This document shows positions 19,870-30,172 of a DNA stretch of 64,000 nt, in pieces. Below the pieces are notes generated by a model that worked only from the letters and a program-made list of their open reading frames with translations, made no database searches and was not told where the DNA came from. The translations under genes and the position numbers were made by a program. Source of the DNA: Candidatus Niyogibacteria bacterium. GTDB taxonomy: Bacteria > Patescibacteriota > Minisyncoccia > JACROR01. Each line of letters starts with the position of its first letter. Within the stretch, counting starts at the first letter, position 1. Location of the stretch: positions 66,447 to 130,446 of the forward strand of contig JACROR010000009.1 in assembly GCA_016214345.1 (NCBI GenBank), read 5' to 3'.

Positions 19870-20937
19870 TTAAAGGGTTGCTTGAAGCAATTGGCGAAGT
19901 TTTCTTTCCGCTTCGGTAAAATTGCCGTAGTCCGGCAAGGGAAGCATATTGTCTTTTGAGATTTTATCCAGCTTGGCGGAAAGGGCGGATAGTATTTTTT
20001 CTTGTTCGGAAAACAGCAATCCTTTTACCGCGCCACCCTTCTCTTTCCAGAGAAATAAATGGCAGTTTTGTTCCGGGGAGATCTTCAAGAATGAGTTAAA
20101 CAACGCGATAAATAAATTTTGTGAAGGAGGCGTGCGGGTTTTTTCAAAATCTTGTTCGGTTAAAAATGTCCATGAAGTTCCGGTATTTTTATCCACATGC
20201 GTTCGGGCGAGCGCCCTTCCCAAGAGTTGCCGGTCAGGAGTTTCCGTGAATTGTATTTTTTTTATCTGGTCGCGATCCGCTCCGTATTCCATCAGTTGAC
20301 TGGCCAGGCTTAAGGCGTCTTTGGATGCGCGTTCCAAAAAATTATTGGTTTCCAAGACCAAGCAGGCGAAAAGCAGAGTAGCCACGGTTTTGTTTTGAAA
20401 TATTTTTTCATCCAAAGTTTTTATGATCTCCGCGACTTTTTCGGCCATCAGGCGTCCTTGCGGCGAGATCGTGGCGATAAATTCTTCTGCCGGCAAGTCA
20501 TAGCGCTCTTTAAGGCGGTCTAGATTATTTTCATCGGAGAAAAAGCAAAATGCCGATTCAATTTTAGGGGGAGCATTTTCTATGATTATTTCGTTCGTAT
20601 TGATCTGTCCGGAAGCCGGAGTTATTAAAAAATTTAAAAACCTATCGTTTTCATCGTAACTCACCTCGGCAATTTTATTTTTTTTCGGAATTTTTATTTT
20701 AAGAACTTGCGGCGCGGCTTGTGTTGGCGGCGTTTTTCGCGCGAGCGCCTCCTCCCATTTTACAAAAAGTCCGTTGGCATCTCCGTCATCCGTAATGTTT
20801 TTGCCAGCCATAACTAAGCCGGTTTTCAGCGCTTCTTTGGCCAAATATCCGGCTTCTTTTGGTTCGGTTCCCGCGAATATACCGATCTCTTTTTTGGCAA
20901 GCAGGGTTTGTATTTTTTGCAGTACTTCTTTGTTCAT
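19870..20937 (-). CDS. degenerate DHH/NrnA-like phosphoesterase-fold protein
   Basis: ATLLFACLVLETNNF..ASQLMEYGAD..LLGRALAR resembles the DHH-family C-terminal half; no DHH triad seen. Confidence 0.5.
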   Translation of the reverse strand: MNKEVLQKIQTLLAKKEIGIFAGTEPKEAGYLAKEALKTGLVMAGKNITDDGDANGLFVKWEEALARKTPPTQAAPQVLKIKIPKKNKIAEVSYDENDRFLNFLITPASGQINTNEIIIENAPPKIESAFCFFSDENNLDRLKERYDLPAEEFIATISPQGRLMAEKVAEIIKTLDEKIFQNKTVATLLFACLVLETNNFLERASKDALSLASQLMEYGADRDQIKKIQFTETPDRQLLGRALARTHVDKNTGTSWTFLTEQDFEKTRTPPSQNLFIALFNSFLKISPEQNCHLFLWKEKGGAVKGLLFSEQEKILSALSAKLDKISKDNMLPLPDYGNFTEAERKLRQLLQATL

Positions 20938-21066
20938 TATTCTGATATATAACACCGATAGCCGAAGATTTCAATCTAGGCTTTAGTCCGCCGACTGGCG
21001 AATAGTTTATAGTTTTTAGAAAAATGTGCGTCACCGAGTCACGCACATTTTGCATACATAACTAAG

Positions 21067-21085
21067 TTGGAAGTCCGGCTTCCAA
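21067..21085. repeat. TTGGAAG..CTTCCAA REP-like palindrome
   Basis: Related copies at 33696-33726 and 43773-43813. Confidence 0.65.
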
Positions 21086-21157
21086 GCGTTTCAGGCGCTT
21101 ATTTTGATAGACGCCTTTTTGCTTTCTAGGGCTTGGCAAAAGTGATACCATGATGCT

Positions 21158-21607
21158 ATGGAATCTTTGAAGGTCGTTACTCATAGCGCGAAAGAAACCC
21201 AAAAATTAGGAATGCTTTTGGCTAAGGAATGTTTTAAAATTAAACAAGGCAGGCATGCTTTAGTTATCGGTTTGGAGGGAGATTTGGGTGGCGGCAAGAC
21301 CACGTTTATGCAGGGGTTTGCCCGCGGCTTGGGAATCAAAGAGAATATTACCAGCCCCACTTTTGTTTTACTTAAAATGTTTAAATTGGCGCGGAAAAAT
21401 TTTAGACGTTTGGCGCACATTGACGCTTATCGCCTGAAATCCGCGCGCGGATTGAAGCTTCTGGGGTGGGACGAACTTCTGTCAGACCCCGCCAATATAA
21501 TAGTCGTGGAGTGGGCGGACAAAGTCAGGGCTTTTATGCCGAAAGATCGCGTGCGGATCACCTTTGATTATGGTGATAAAAATGAAAGGAAAATAAATGT
21601 CAGTTAA
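21158..21607 (+). CDS. tsaE: tRNA t6A biosynthesis ATPase
   Basis: GDLGGGKTT, SPTF, HIDAYRL and VEWA motifs. Confidence 0.95.
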   Translation: MESLKVVTHSAKETQKLGMLLAKECFKIKQGRHALVIGLEGDLGGGKTTFMQGFARGLGIKENITSPTFVLLKMFKLARKNFRRLAHIDAYRLKSARGLKLLGWDELLSDPANIIVVEWADKVRAFMPKDRVRITFDYGDKNERKINVS

Positions 21608-23954
21608 GACCAACGTAAAAAATAAAAATACGGAACGGATATTGGTGCTTTTGGACGCGCACGCTATTTTACATCGCGCCTTCCATGCTTTGCCGTCTTT
21701 TACTTCTCCGCAGGGGGCGCCCACAGGCGCGCTTTACGGTTTTTCATCCATGCTGATCAAGATTATCCGGGAATTAAAACCGGATTTTATAGTGGCCTGT
21801 TATGAGTTGCCGCAGCCAACTTTCCGGCATGTTGTTTACGAGGCTTATAAAGGTAAGCGGCCTAAAATGGACGAGGGTTTGGCCTTGCAAATAAATAGAT
21901 CCAGAGACATTTTGAAGGCGTTTAATATTCCGAGCTATGACGCTCCGGGATTTGAAGCGGACGACATTATAGGCACCATTGCTTTTAAATCCAAAAAAGA
22001 AAAAAATCTCAAAGTGATCATCGCTTCAGGCGATTTAGACACGCTTCAATTGGTATCGGGCAGCAAGGTTACGGTTTATACTCTTAAAAAAGGCATCCAA
22101 GACACAATTATTTATGATGAGGCCGGAGTAAAAGAGCGTTTTGGTTTTGTTCCGGCGTTATTGCCGGACTTTAAAGGCCTCAAGGGCGATCCTTCGGACA
22201 ATATTATCGGGGTTCCGGGCATAGGCGATAAGAGCGCGACGGAACTCATTTTAAAATTCGGTTCTTTGGAAAATATTTATAAAAATTTAAAAAAAGACCG
22301 CGCTAAATTTTTAAATCTGGGAATAAAACAGCGCATTGCCGCGCTTTTGGAAGAGCATGAAGATGACGCGCTGTTCAGCAAGGAATTGGCCACGATTCGT
22401 TTGGACGCACCCGTGATCTTTCATATAAAAGATACGGAATGGAGCAAGAATTACGATCGCGCAAAAGCGGAAAAATTATTCAGGGAATTGGGTTTTGCGA
22501 GCTTGCTTTCCCGTTTGCCCGGAGAGGCGGAAAGTCCAAAGATTTCGGTTTCCACGATAAATCCCCAAAAAGAAAAAGAGCTCTCGGTGGCTTTTTGGTT
22601 GCTGGATTCGCGCCACATAAATGCTTCGGCGGAAGACATTTTTAGGGCGGTTAACGCCAAAAATACGGAAGAAGCGGAAGCGGCGCTTAACGGCAAGTTG
22701 GCAAAAGAAGGGCTGATTAATTTTTTTGAAGAAACTGAAATACCCCTGATGAGCATATTGAATGAAATGGAGCGGCGCGGTATTTTAATAGACCGGAAAA
22801 TTTTAATGAGATTTTCCAAAAAATATGAAAAAGAAATAGTGACATTGGAAAAGAGGATTTGCCAGTTGGCGGGTGCCAAGTTTAATGTCGCTTCTCCCAA
22901 ACAGTTGTCGGAAATTTTATACGATAAATTAAAAATTTCCACCAAGGGAATAAGAAAAACCGGAGGCGGAGCGCAATCCACAAGTTTTCCCGAATTAAAA
23001 AAACTTTTACATAGCCATCCTATTATTGAGTTGGTGTTAAAATATCGCGAATTGGCGAAGCTAAAATCAACTTATTTGGACACTTTGCCCGGATTGGCCG
23101 ATAAAGATTCGCGTGTTCATACCACTTATAATCAGGCGGGCACGGCAACGGGTCGCTTTTCTTCGCAAAATCCCAATTTGCAAAATATTCCGGTTAAATC
23201 GGAAACCGGGAAAGAAATTCGCAGGGCATTCATAGCTCCTGCCGGTTGGAAGATGCTTTCCGCGGATTATTCTCAAATTGAGCTTCGTGTCGCGGCCATG
23301 TTGTCTGACGATAAGATCATGAAGAGAGCTTTTTTGGAGGGAAAAGACATTCATGGCGCCACGGCTTCGGCGGTGTTTAATGTTTCGGAAGGTGAGGTGA
23401 CCAAAGAAATGCGCCGGCGCGCCAAGGTTATTAATTTTGGCATTTTGTACGGTATGGGGGCGAGGTCGCTTTCAGAAAATTTAGGAGTTTCATTGGATGA
23501 AGCTAAAAAATATTTGGCGGAATATTTTGAAGATTTTTCCGGAATTAAAAAATACATGGATGATACGAAAAATACGGCAAAGAGTTTGGGTTTTGTCAAA
23601 ACCTTGTTCGGCCGTAAGCGTTATTTTCCCGAATTGCGATCCTTGCCCGAATATCTTCATCATGAATTTTTGCGCATGGCGGTTAACGCTCCGATCCAGG
23701 GTACGGCCGCGGATATCATGAAAATAGCCATGGTGCGAGCGCATCGCGCGCTTCAAAAAGATCCAGAAATGGCGCAAAGCGCGCGTATGATTTTGCAGAT
23801 TCACGATGAACTCATTTTTGAAATTAAAGATGAATTTGTGTTAAAGGCCGCGAAGATCATCAAACAAGAAATGGAGAGCGCGTATCAAGATGAGATTCCG
23901 CTCACGGTGGATATAAAAATCGGTCCTAACTGGGCGGACATGGAAAGAATATGA
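21597..23954 (+). CDS. polA: DNA polymerase I
   Basis: 5'-3' exonuclease (EADD, GDPSDNI); polymerase motifs DYSQIELR and QIHDEL. Confidence 0.95.
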   Translation: MSVKTNVKNKNTERILVLLDAHAILHRAFHALPSFTSPQGAPTGALYGFSSMLIKIIRELKPDFIVACYELPQPTFRHVVYEAYKGKRPKMDEGLALQINRSRDILKAFNIPSYDAPGFEADDIIGTIAFKSKKEKNLKVIIASGDLDTLQLVSGSKVTVYTLKKGIQDTIIYDEAGVKERFGFVPALLPDFKGLKGDPSDNIIGVPGIGDKSATELILKFGSLENIYKNLKKDRAKFLNLGIKQRIAALLEEHEDDALFSKELATIRLDAPVIFHIKDTEWSKNYDRAKAEKLFRELGFASLLSRLPGEAESPKISVSTINPQKEKELSVAFWLLDSRHINASAEDIFRAVNAKNTEEAEAALNGKLAKEGLINFFEETEIPLMSILNEMERRGILIDRKILMRFSKKYEKEIVTLEKRICQLAGAKFNVASPKQLSEILYDKLKISTKGIRKTGGGAQSTSFPELKKLLHSHPIIELVLKYRELAKLKSTYLDTLPGLADKDSRVHTTYNQAGTATGRFSSQNPNLQNIPVKSETGKEIRRAFIAPAGWKMLSADYSQIELRVAAMLSDDKIMKRAFLEGKDIHGATASAVFNVSEGEVTKEMRRRAKVINFGILYGMGARSLSENLGVSLDEAKKYLAEYFEDFSGIKKYMDDTKNTAKSLGFVKTLFGRKRYFPELRSLPEYLHHEFLRMAVNAPIQGTAADIMKIAMVRAHRALQKDPEMAQSARMILQIHDELIFEIKDEFVLKAAKIIKQEMESAYQDEIPLTVDIKIGPNWADMERI

Positions 23955-24856
23955 TTTATTTTCTTTATGGGAAAGATACATATAGAAGCCGCCAAAATTT
24001 AGGAGAGATCGTCCGAGGATTTTTGGGCAAGGGGAACGCTTCGCATCATTTTTTCCGCGTGAATACGGATAATTTTGATCCGGATTTTTTCGGAGAATTG
24101 GCGCGGAGCTCGTCTATGTTCGGCGGAAAATATTTAATTTCTACCGAAAGAATATTGTCAGATCCGGGCATAAAAAAGATCGTATTGGATAATTTGGAAA
24201 GCGTAAGGGATTCGGACAATATTTTTATTTTTTGGGAAGAAGACACGGACAAGGAAACGGCCGATAAAATCGCGCGTTATGCTAAAAAGACGCAAGAGTT
24301 TTTGCCGATCTCCGGCGTTAAATTGAAAAATTGGATCCGGACCGAGGCTGATAAACTTAAATTTAATATTTCGGAGGCCGAGCTCTCGCGCGTCGCGCTT
24401 GAGCACGATTCTGATCTGTGGGCGATACGTAAAGAATTGGAGGCGCTCCCCTTGGGGCATATTTCGGATAAAAAAAATAAATTATCCGCGGACGGCGCGG
24501 GGCCCATGTTTGATTTGACAGACGCGGTTTTGTCGCGGAACCGCGAACAAGCCATAGATCTCTTTGAAAAATATAAAAATAAGGGAGTGCCGGCCGAAGA
24601 AATATTATGGCGTCTTTTGTGGCAGGCGAAGACTTTGTTTACCGTAAAAAAATTAGCCGGCAAATCTCCGGCTACGATAAAAAAAATAACCGGCTTGCAC
24701 GAATATGTAATAAAAAAATCTTTGGATGGCGCCGCGCGTTTTAGGATAGAGGAGTTGGACTCGCTTTTTCGGCGTCTACTTGACGCGCGCAATAAATCCA
24801 ATCCGCTGGCCGGCGGATTGGATTATGGAATTTTTTATTTATTACTTAAGCTTTAG
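23951..24856 (+). CDS. holA: DNA polymerase III delta subunit
   Basis: MIYFLYGKD start; FDLTDAV; adjacent to rpsT. Confidence 0.75.
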   Translation: MIYFLYGKDTYRSRQNLGEIVRGFLGKGNASHHFFRVNTDNFDPDFFGELARSSSMFGGKYLISTERILSDPGIKKIVLDNLESVRDSDNIFIFWEEDTDKETADKIARYAKKTQEFLPISGVKLKNWIRTEADKLKFNISEAELSRVALEHDSDLWAIRKELEALPLGHISDKKNKLSADGAGPMFDLTDAVLSRNREQAIDLFEKYKNKGVPAEEILWRLLWQAKTLFTVKKLAGKSPATIKKITGLHEYVIKKSLDGAARFRIEELDSLFRRLLDARNKSNPLAGGLDYGIFYLLLKL

Positions 24857-25112
24857 CTTTATTTAAAAGCATGGTTAGCCTGGATTTCTTGCGGCTTGCC
24901 GTGTTTTGCTCTATAACTTTTCGTTTAGCGGCCTTGTCTATGGCTTGGTAAGCAACGGGAAGAAGTTTTTTCGCGTCTTCTAACTTATGTTCCGCGATCA
25001 AAGAGCGCACTTCTTTTACGGTGTCTTTCATGGCGGTTTTTCTTTTGGCATTTCTCGCTTGCCGCTTAATGGATTGCCTTAGCGCTTTTTTAGCTGATTC
25101 TATGTTTGGCAT
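24846..25112 (-). CDS. rpsT: 30S ribosomal protein S20
   Basis: MPNIESAKK..NTASRKKSRL. Confidence 0.95.
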   Translation of the reverse strand: MPNIESAKKALRQSIKRQARNAKRKTAMKDTVKEVRSLIAEHKLEDAKKLLPVAYQAIDKAAKRKVIEQNTASRKKSRLTMLLNKAKA

Positions 25113-25161
25113 ATTTACATAAGTTATATCAGATGACGTAAGGCGTCAAGGTGATAAAAAT

Positions 25162-25186
25162 AAAAGCGGCCCCGTAGGACCGCTTT
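25162..25186. terminator. intrinsic terminator
   Basis: AAAGCGG..CCGCTTT hairpin downstream of ORF 25193-25411. Confidence 0.6.
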
Positions 25187-25192
25187 CGTTTG

Positions 25193-25411
25193 TTATTCGT
25201 GGCGTCCGTAATTTTCGCCGCATTTGCAGCGTTCATCGCAGTTTTCCGAATACACGCGCGTATTCGCGTCTTTTTGTTCCGAGGCTAAAAACGCCACCAG
25301 TTTTGGCAGGTACAGCCATACACCCGATACGAACATTTTTCCATGATGCGCGCATATTTTAACTATCCATATGCCTTCGTTCTTGAACGTTGTCCTTTCT
25401 CCGTCTGCCAT
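25193..25411 (-). CDS. small Cys/His-containing hypothetical protein
   Basis: 72 aa with CAHH..CDERCKC; AAGGAGG SD upstream. Confidence 0.65.
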   Translation of the reverse strand: MADGERTTFKNEGIWIVKICAHHGKMFVSGVWLYLPKLVAFLASEQKDANTRVYSENCDERCKCGENYGRHE

Positions 25412-25511
25412 AATTTCCTCCTTGATGAATTAAGGTGCTTCACGTTGTTTATTTATTTAATACATCATTTTGTTTGCAAAGTCAACGGTATGGTATAATG
25501 AGTTAAATTAT

Positions 25512-26099
25512 ATGATTGGGACACTCAGAGGAAAAGTTATATTTGGTGGAGAAAAATACGTTATTTTGGACGTAGCCGGGGTAGGTTACAAGGTATATGC
25601 CCCGCCCTTTACCATTAAAGCGGCCGCGGCAAAACAAGGGAAAAAAGGCGAAGACACGGTGTTTTGGACGCATCTTTGCGTGCGTGAAAACGCGATAGAT
25701 CTTTACGGGTTTACCGAGAAGGCGGAGGTGGAATTTTTTGAAGCCCTGATCGCTATTTCCGGGATAGGTCCGAAATCGGCGATGGGCGTGATGAGCGTGG
25801 CTCCGTTGGATACTTTAAAAATGGCTATTGCTTCCGGTGAAACCTCGTATCTTTCTAAAGTTTCCGGCGTTGGCAAAAAAACCGCGGAGAAGATCATCGT
25901 GGAGCTGAAGGATAAATTTGGCAGAGGATCGGGCGCGGCGTCTGAAATATTGGGAGGTGACGGAGACGTCATTGGAGCTCTGGAGTCCATGGGTTATTCT
26001 TTGAAAGAAATACGCGAAGCCCTGCAAGAGGTGGGGGCGGACGCTAAGAGCGTGGAACAAAGGATCAAGGCGGCATTAAAAGTCTTAGGTAAACAATAA
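25512..26099 (+). CDS. ruvA: Holliday junction DNA-binding protein
   Basis: MIGTLRG, GVGY, LYGF, ISGIGPK and GVGKKTAEK motifs. Confidence 0.95.
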   Translation: MIGTLRGKVIFGGEKYVILDVAGVGYKVYAPPFTIKAAAAKQGKKGEDTVFWTHLCVRENAIDLYGFTEKAEVEFFEALIAISGIGPKSAMGVMSVAPLDTLKMAIASGETSYLSKVSGVGKKTAEKIIVELKDKFGRGSGAASEILGGDGDVIGALESMGYSLKEIREALQEVGADAKSVEQRIKAALKVLGKQ

Positions 26100-26100
26100 T

Positions 26101-26595
26101 ATGACTTGGTTTCAATTAATGATCGACTCTGACGCCGTAGAGGTCGTTCCCAAACATAAAAAGAAAGTAAAAAAAGATTTTTCCATTAAAAAAGAGATGA
26201 CCAAGGCGCTTTTTCAGGAAATGCTGGATGTGTTGTTCTTTTTTCTCGGGATCTTCACTTATTTTTATTTTTTTTCGCTAGCTTGGCTTTATTTTGGCAA
26301 ATCATGGGATGAACATAAATTGTTGGCGTTTTTCGTGAACGCGCTTTCCGAGCCTTATTTGGGCGCGGTGGCTATGTATACCATTTTAAAGGAATATCGC
26401 AAAAAAAGCGGGCGCTTGGAGCACCTGCATAAGGGAGAATTTTTTGTGGCCTGTTGGGCGGTATTTTTGGTTTTGGCTCTTTTATTTACCATTTTTTCGG
26501 ATCAGTATGTAATAGGGCTTCCGCTTAAGATTATAATGACCAATAGCGTGACTGTCGTGCTTATATATGTAGGCAGTATCGTACATAAGCCTTAG
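26101..26595 (+). CDS. hypothetical membrane protein
   Basis: 164 aa with four hydrophobic segments. Confidence 0.65.
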   Translation: MTWFQLMIDSDAVEVVPKHKKKVKKDFSIKKEMTKALFQEMLDVLFFFLGIFTYFYFFSLAWLYFGKSWDEHKLLAFFVNALSEPYLGAVAMYTILKEYRKKSGRLEHLHKGEFFVACWAVFLVLALLFTIFSDQYVIGLPLKIIMTNSVTVVLIYVGSIVHKP

Positions 26596-26597
26596 TT

Positions 26598-26672
26598 AGC
26601 GAAAAGTTAAAAACGAAAAACTAAAAACATTTTTTATTTTTCGCTTTTCATTTTTCATTTTTAGTTTTACGC
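26598..26672. repeat. heptamer-periodic inverted tract
   Basis: GAAAAGT/TAAAAAC/GAAAAAC/TAAAAAC units facing CTTTTCA/TTTTTCA/TTTTTAG units. Confidence 0.5.
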
Positions 26673-26680
26673 TGGTATTT

Positions 26681-28048
26681 ATGTTGGAAGACATTTTAAG
26701 AATGGGGAGGAGGTTGATTCCCGGGCGTTTATTTAGCGCGCTTCAGCCGTTTTACCATTGGTTTTTAGGGGTCATGGGCGCGTTTTGGTATGGGTTTCCC
26801 TCGCGGGACATGACGGTTATAGGAGTGACCGGCACCAATGGTAAATCTACGGTGGTTAATTTAATTGACGCGATCTTATGCGAATCCGGAATAAAAACGG
26901 CTTCGGTGTCTTCCATCCGTTTTAAAATAGGAGAGCGTGAATGGCCCAATGAATTAAAAATGACCATGCCCGGGCGCGCGGCTTTACAAAAATTTTTAGC
27001 CCAAGCCAAAAAAGAAAAAGCCACGCATGCCGTTATTGAAGTTACTTCCGAGGGCATAAGGCAATTCCGCCATAAAAATATCAACTGGGAAATTTTGGTC
27101 TTTACCAATATTACACCCGAACATATAGAATCCCATGGCGGCTTTGACGCGTATCGCGCCGCGAAATTAAAATTATTTCAAATGCCGCACCAGTGGAGCG
27201 TAATAAACGCGGATGATCCGAGTGCGGAATTATTTTTTGAAAAATCAATTGCGCCGGCCAAGATAGGTTACGGGATAAAATCTTTTGAAGCCGGTCATAA
27301 AAATAAATTAAAATCCAAGGTTTCGCGATGGGTTGAGGCGTCGGATGTAAAATTGGAAGCCCAACATATTGAATTTAGGGCGGAAAAAGAAAAATTTCTT
27401 TTGCCGCTGGTTGGAGAATTTAATGTTTATAATGCTTTGGTGGCGCTTAGCGTGGCAAAAGCGCTGAATATTTCCGCGGATAAAATAAAACAAGCATTCG
27501 TTAATTTTAAAGCCGTGCCCGGCAGAATGGAATTTATCAATGAAGATCAACCGTTTGGGGTAGTAGTGGATTACGCGCACACTCCGGACTCTTTGGAAAA
27601 AGTATACAAAACGTTAAGAGAAATTGCTCCGTCTTCGGTCGCGCGACCAGCTAAAATGATCTGCGTTTTGGGTTCCGCGGGAGGAGGCAGAGATAAATGG
27701 AAAAGAAATAAGTTTGGCATGATAGCGGCGCAAAATTGCGATACCGTGATCTTGACCAATGAAGACCCTTATGATGAAGATCCGCAAACCATTCTAAATG
27801 AAATAGAAGATGGCTTTCTCCAGGCCATGAGATCGCTTAGTAAAACAGCGCATTTTTATAAGATTTTGGACAGAGGCGAGGCCATTAAAAAAGCTATTTT
27901 TTCAGCGGGAGCCGCGGATACGGTGATCATCACCGGCAAAGGCTCGGAATCCGTAATTATGGGGACGCGAGGATCGCGTATTCCATGGGACGACAGGCGT
28001 GAAGCGCGAAAGGCGCTTTCCGAATTGAGGCAAAGAGAGATTAAATGA
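26681..28048 (+). CDS. murE: UDP-MurNAc-tripeptide synthetase
   Basis: GVTGTNGKST, EVTS, DYAHTPD and ITGKG motifs. Confidence 0.9.
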   Translation: MLEDILRMGRRLIPGRLFSALQPFYHWFLGVMGAFWYGFPSRDMTVIGVTGTNGKSTVVNLIDAILCESGIKTASVSSIRFKIGEREWPNELKMTMPGRAALQKFLAQAKKEKATHAVIEVTSEGIRQFRHKNINWEILVFTNITPEHIESHGGFDAYRAAKLKLFQMPHQWSVINADDPSAELFFEKSIAPAKIGYGIKSFEAGHKNKLKSKVSRWVEASDVKLEAQHIEFRAEKEKFLLPLVGEFNVYNALVALSVAKALNISADKIKQAFVNFKAVPGRMEFINEDQPFGVVVDYAHTPDSLEKVYKTLREIAPSSVARPAKMICVLGSAGGGRDKWKRNKFGMIAAQNCDTVILTNEDPYDEDPQTILNEIEDGFLQAMRSLSKTAHFYKILDRGEAIKKAIFSAGAADTVIITGKGSESVIMGTRGSRIPWDDRREARKALSELRQREIK

Positions 28049-28555
28049 TCAGATAGACCCGGTCATTATTTCAAATTCTTTCGCGAATTTATTTCCGTAC
28101 CCCTCCACTCGGAGTTCTATTTTATATTTTCCAGGTACGGAAAAAATAGCGCCCTGCCAGGGCAGATAAGAAGCCCCCCTAAGTTCGTATGGTCGTATGA
28201 TAATATCTTCGGTCGATCTGCAGGGGTTTTTTGTTTGGCCCTTGATGCGTATCCACACATCTTTTTCCAGGCGATAAATATCCAGTGGTTCTTTGGGGCA
28301 TTCATTTTCTATGCGCAGAGTTTGATTGGTTTTGTTCAATACTCCGAAAAATATTTCTTCGCCCAAAACATATTGATTTTTGGAAAAAATTATCTCTAGC
28401 GCGTTGTCGGGAAGGCTTGGACGTATTATTTTGTACAGATAAGAATCATGGTTCGCGCCCTCTTTAGCGAAAAGCACGGCCGCAACCGCGATCAAAGCGA
28501 CCAAAACGATCCATATTATTATTGTTTTATATTTCCTATTTTTTTTGTTTAGCAT
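28049..28555 (-). CDS. membrane-anchored Ig-like hypothetical protein
   Basis: N-terminal TM; beta-rich domain with two Cys; last gene of the ApbE operon. Confidence 0.65.
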   Translation of the reverse strand: MLNKKNRKYKTIIIWIVLVALIAVAAVLFAKEGANHDSYLYKIIRPSLPDNALEIIFSKNQYVLGEEIFFGVLNKTNQTLRIENECPKEPLDIYRLEKDVWIRIKGQTKNPCRSTEDIIIRPYELRGASYLPWQGAIFSVPGKYKIELRVEGYGNKFAKEFEIMTGSI

Positions 28556-28557
28556 GT

Positions 28558-29202
28558 TTAAGCGCGGCGTTTAAAAGATAAATAGATTCTATATGTGCTT
28601 AGCATTGCTACCAGCAAGCCCGTTATCCAGTAAAGCCATAACATAAAAGGTATAGAGCTGTCCGTTCCTATCAGAATGCCGTGCAGAAATATAAATACGA
28701 AGATAGGATATGGCAGATAATGCAGCAATCTCCATAAAATGTATGGATTCATGAATAAAAATATTGAACTGAAAATAACCGCTACAAACATATAAAAACC
28801 TATGATGCCCAACGCGACATATAAATTTTTATAATTTGACGCGAATGGCACTAATATTTCATAAAGGCTGAATTTGAGAAAAGGATCCAGCCAAAGCGAG
28901 ATTAAGTGTATGGCTATCGCCGTAGCGGTGGCAATACCCAGATATTTGTGTATGATCCATGCTTGCACGGGGTCTATGAATTTATAAATAAGGCCGGTTT
29001 TAATGCCCAGGCCGGACATGGTCAGGATAAAAAGCAGAATATATCCCACGATGCCCGCGGCTCTGGTAGCGATCCAGGCCCAAGGTAATGATGGGGCGAT
29101 CGGCGCGGGATTCCCGTTCGCGGCGTTAAGCATAAAAGGCGCCGCCCAAAAAATGGTGTTAAAAATAAAAACTATAATGATATTTTGGTTGTTTTTATTC
29201 AT
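28558..29202 (-). CDS. ferric reductase-like (MsrQ-like) transmembrane heme protein
   Basis: Multiple TMs with His at IIHKYLG, AIHLI, WRLLHYL and FLHG. Confidence 0.8.
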   Translation of the reverse strand: MNKNNQNIIIVFIFNTIFWAAPFMLNAANGNPAPIAPSLPWAWIATRAAGIVGYILLFILTMSGLGIKTGLIYKFIDPVQAWIIHKYLGIATATAIAIHLISLWLDPFLKFSLYEILVPFASNYKNLYVALGIIGFYMFVAVIFSSIFLFMNPYILWRLLHYLPYPIFVFIFLHGILIGTDSSIPFMLWLYWITGLLVAMLSTYRIYLSFKRRA

Positions 29203-30155
29203 ATTTGCGACAATGCCCGCATATTTTTGGAAAAATATACATGAAGATCGCGATCTATTAAAACCCCTTCGGCATTATCGGTATTATTTATCATGTCCAA
29301 GCCTTCTTCTTTGCCTAATATAAGCGCTGATTTTGCCAAAACGTCGGCTTTTAAGGCGTCGAGAGCCATCACTGTGGCGGCGAGAATGCCATTGTTGGCA
29401 GGCAGACCGGTGCGCGGGTCAATGATATGGTGATATGTTGCGCCATTTTTGCGCCATGTTCTTTTGGTGATGCCCGAAGTGGCTATGGCAGGCATGTTTT
29501 CGGGTATTTCAAGTTCCATTATATCATCTTCATGACAAAGCGGATTTTGCACGCCAACGCGCCATTTTTTCCCGCCATCCGTTCCTGAGAATATCATATC
29601 TCCGCCGGCCGATATCCAGAAATTTTGTGAATATTTTTTAAGTTTGCGCGCGGCCAGGTCTACGACAAAGCCCTTTCCAATCCCACCAAGGTCTATTTCA
29701 GTGTTGGCCGGCATTTTTACGGTGTGAGCCGTTTTATTTATTTTTATACCGGTGAAGGCCTGCCTACCGGACAGGCAGGCGTTATTTTCGGGAGCGAAAA
29801 TTTTGATGGGGGTGTATTGATTTTGTGACTTTTGCTCCAGGTCTTCGAAGTTTTTGTCGTATCCGAGATCTTTTAAAATATTTATCACGGCGGGATCAAA
29901 TATGCCGTTAGTGCGCGCGTGGGCGATCTTTGCTTGTTCCAGCAGTTCCATCATCATGGCGCTGGCGTTAAATTTCCGGCCTCGGGATCGGTTGAGCCGG
30001 CTTAGTTCGCTTGTCGCGCGGAAACGGCTGAATTGTTCTTCAAAATCGCAAAATATTTTTTTAATGTTTTGCAAAATAGCGCGTTCATTTTTTGAAATTT
30101 CCGCGCATATTATTATTTCCGTACCCATCGTTTTGAATTTTTCTATCGAGTTCAT
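29199..30155 (-). CDS. apbE: FAD:protein FMN transferase
   Basis: MGT, FSRF..SELSRLN, DLGGIGKG, AGGD, ATSG, HHIIDPRTG motifs; no signal peptide. Confidence 0.9.
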   Translation of the reverse strand: MNSIEKFKTMGTEIIICAEISKNERAILQNIKKIFCDFEEQFSRFRATSELSRLNRSRGRKFNASAMMMELLEQAKIAHARTNGIFDPAVINILKDLGYDKNFEDLEQKSQNQYTPIKIFAPENNACLSGRQAFTGIKINKTAHTVKMPANTEIDLGGIGKGFVVDLAARKLKKYSQNFWISAGGDMIFSGTDGGKKWRVGVQNPLCHEDDIMELEIPENMPAIATSGITKRTWRKNGATYHHIIDPRTGLPANNGILAATVMALDALKADVLAKSALILGKEEGLDMINNTDNAEGVLIDRDLHVYFSKNMRALSQI

Positions 30156-30172
30156 GTGTGGTTTGTTGTTGC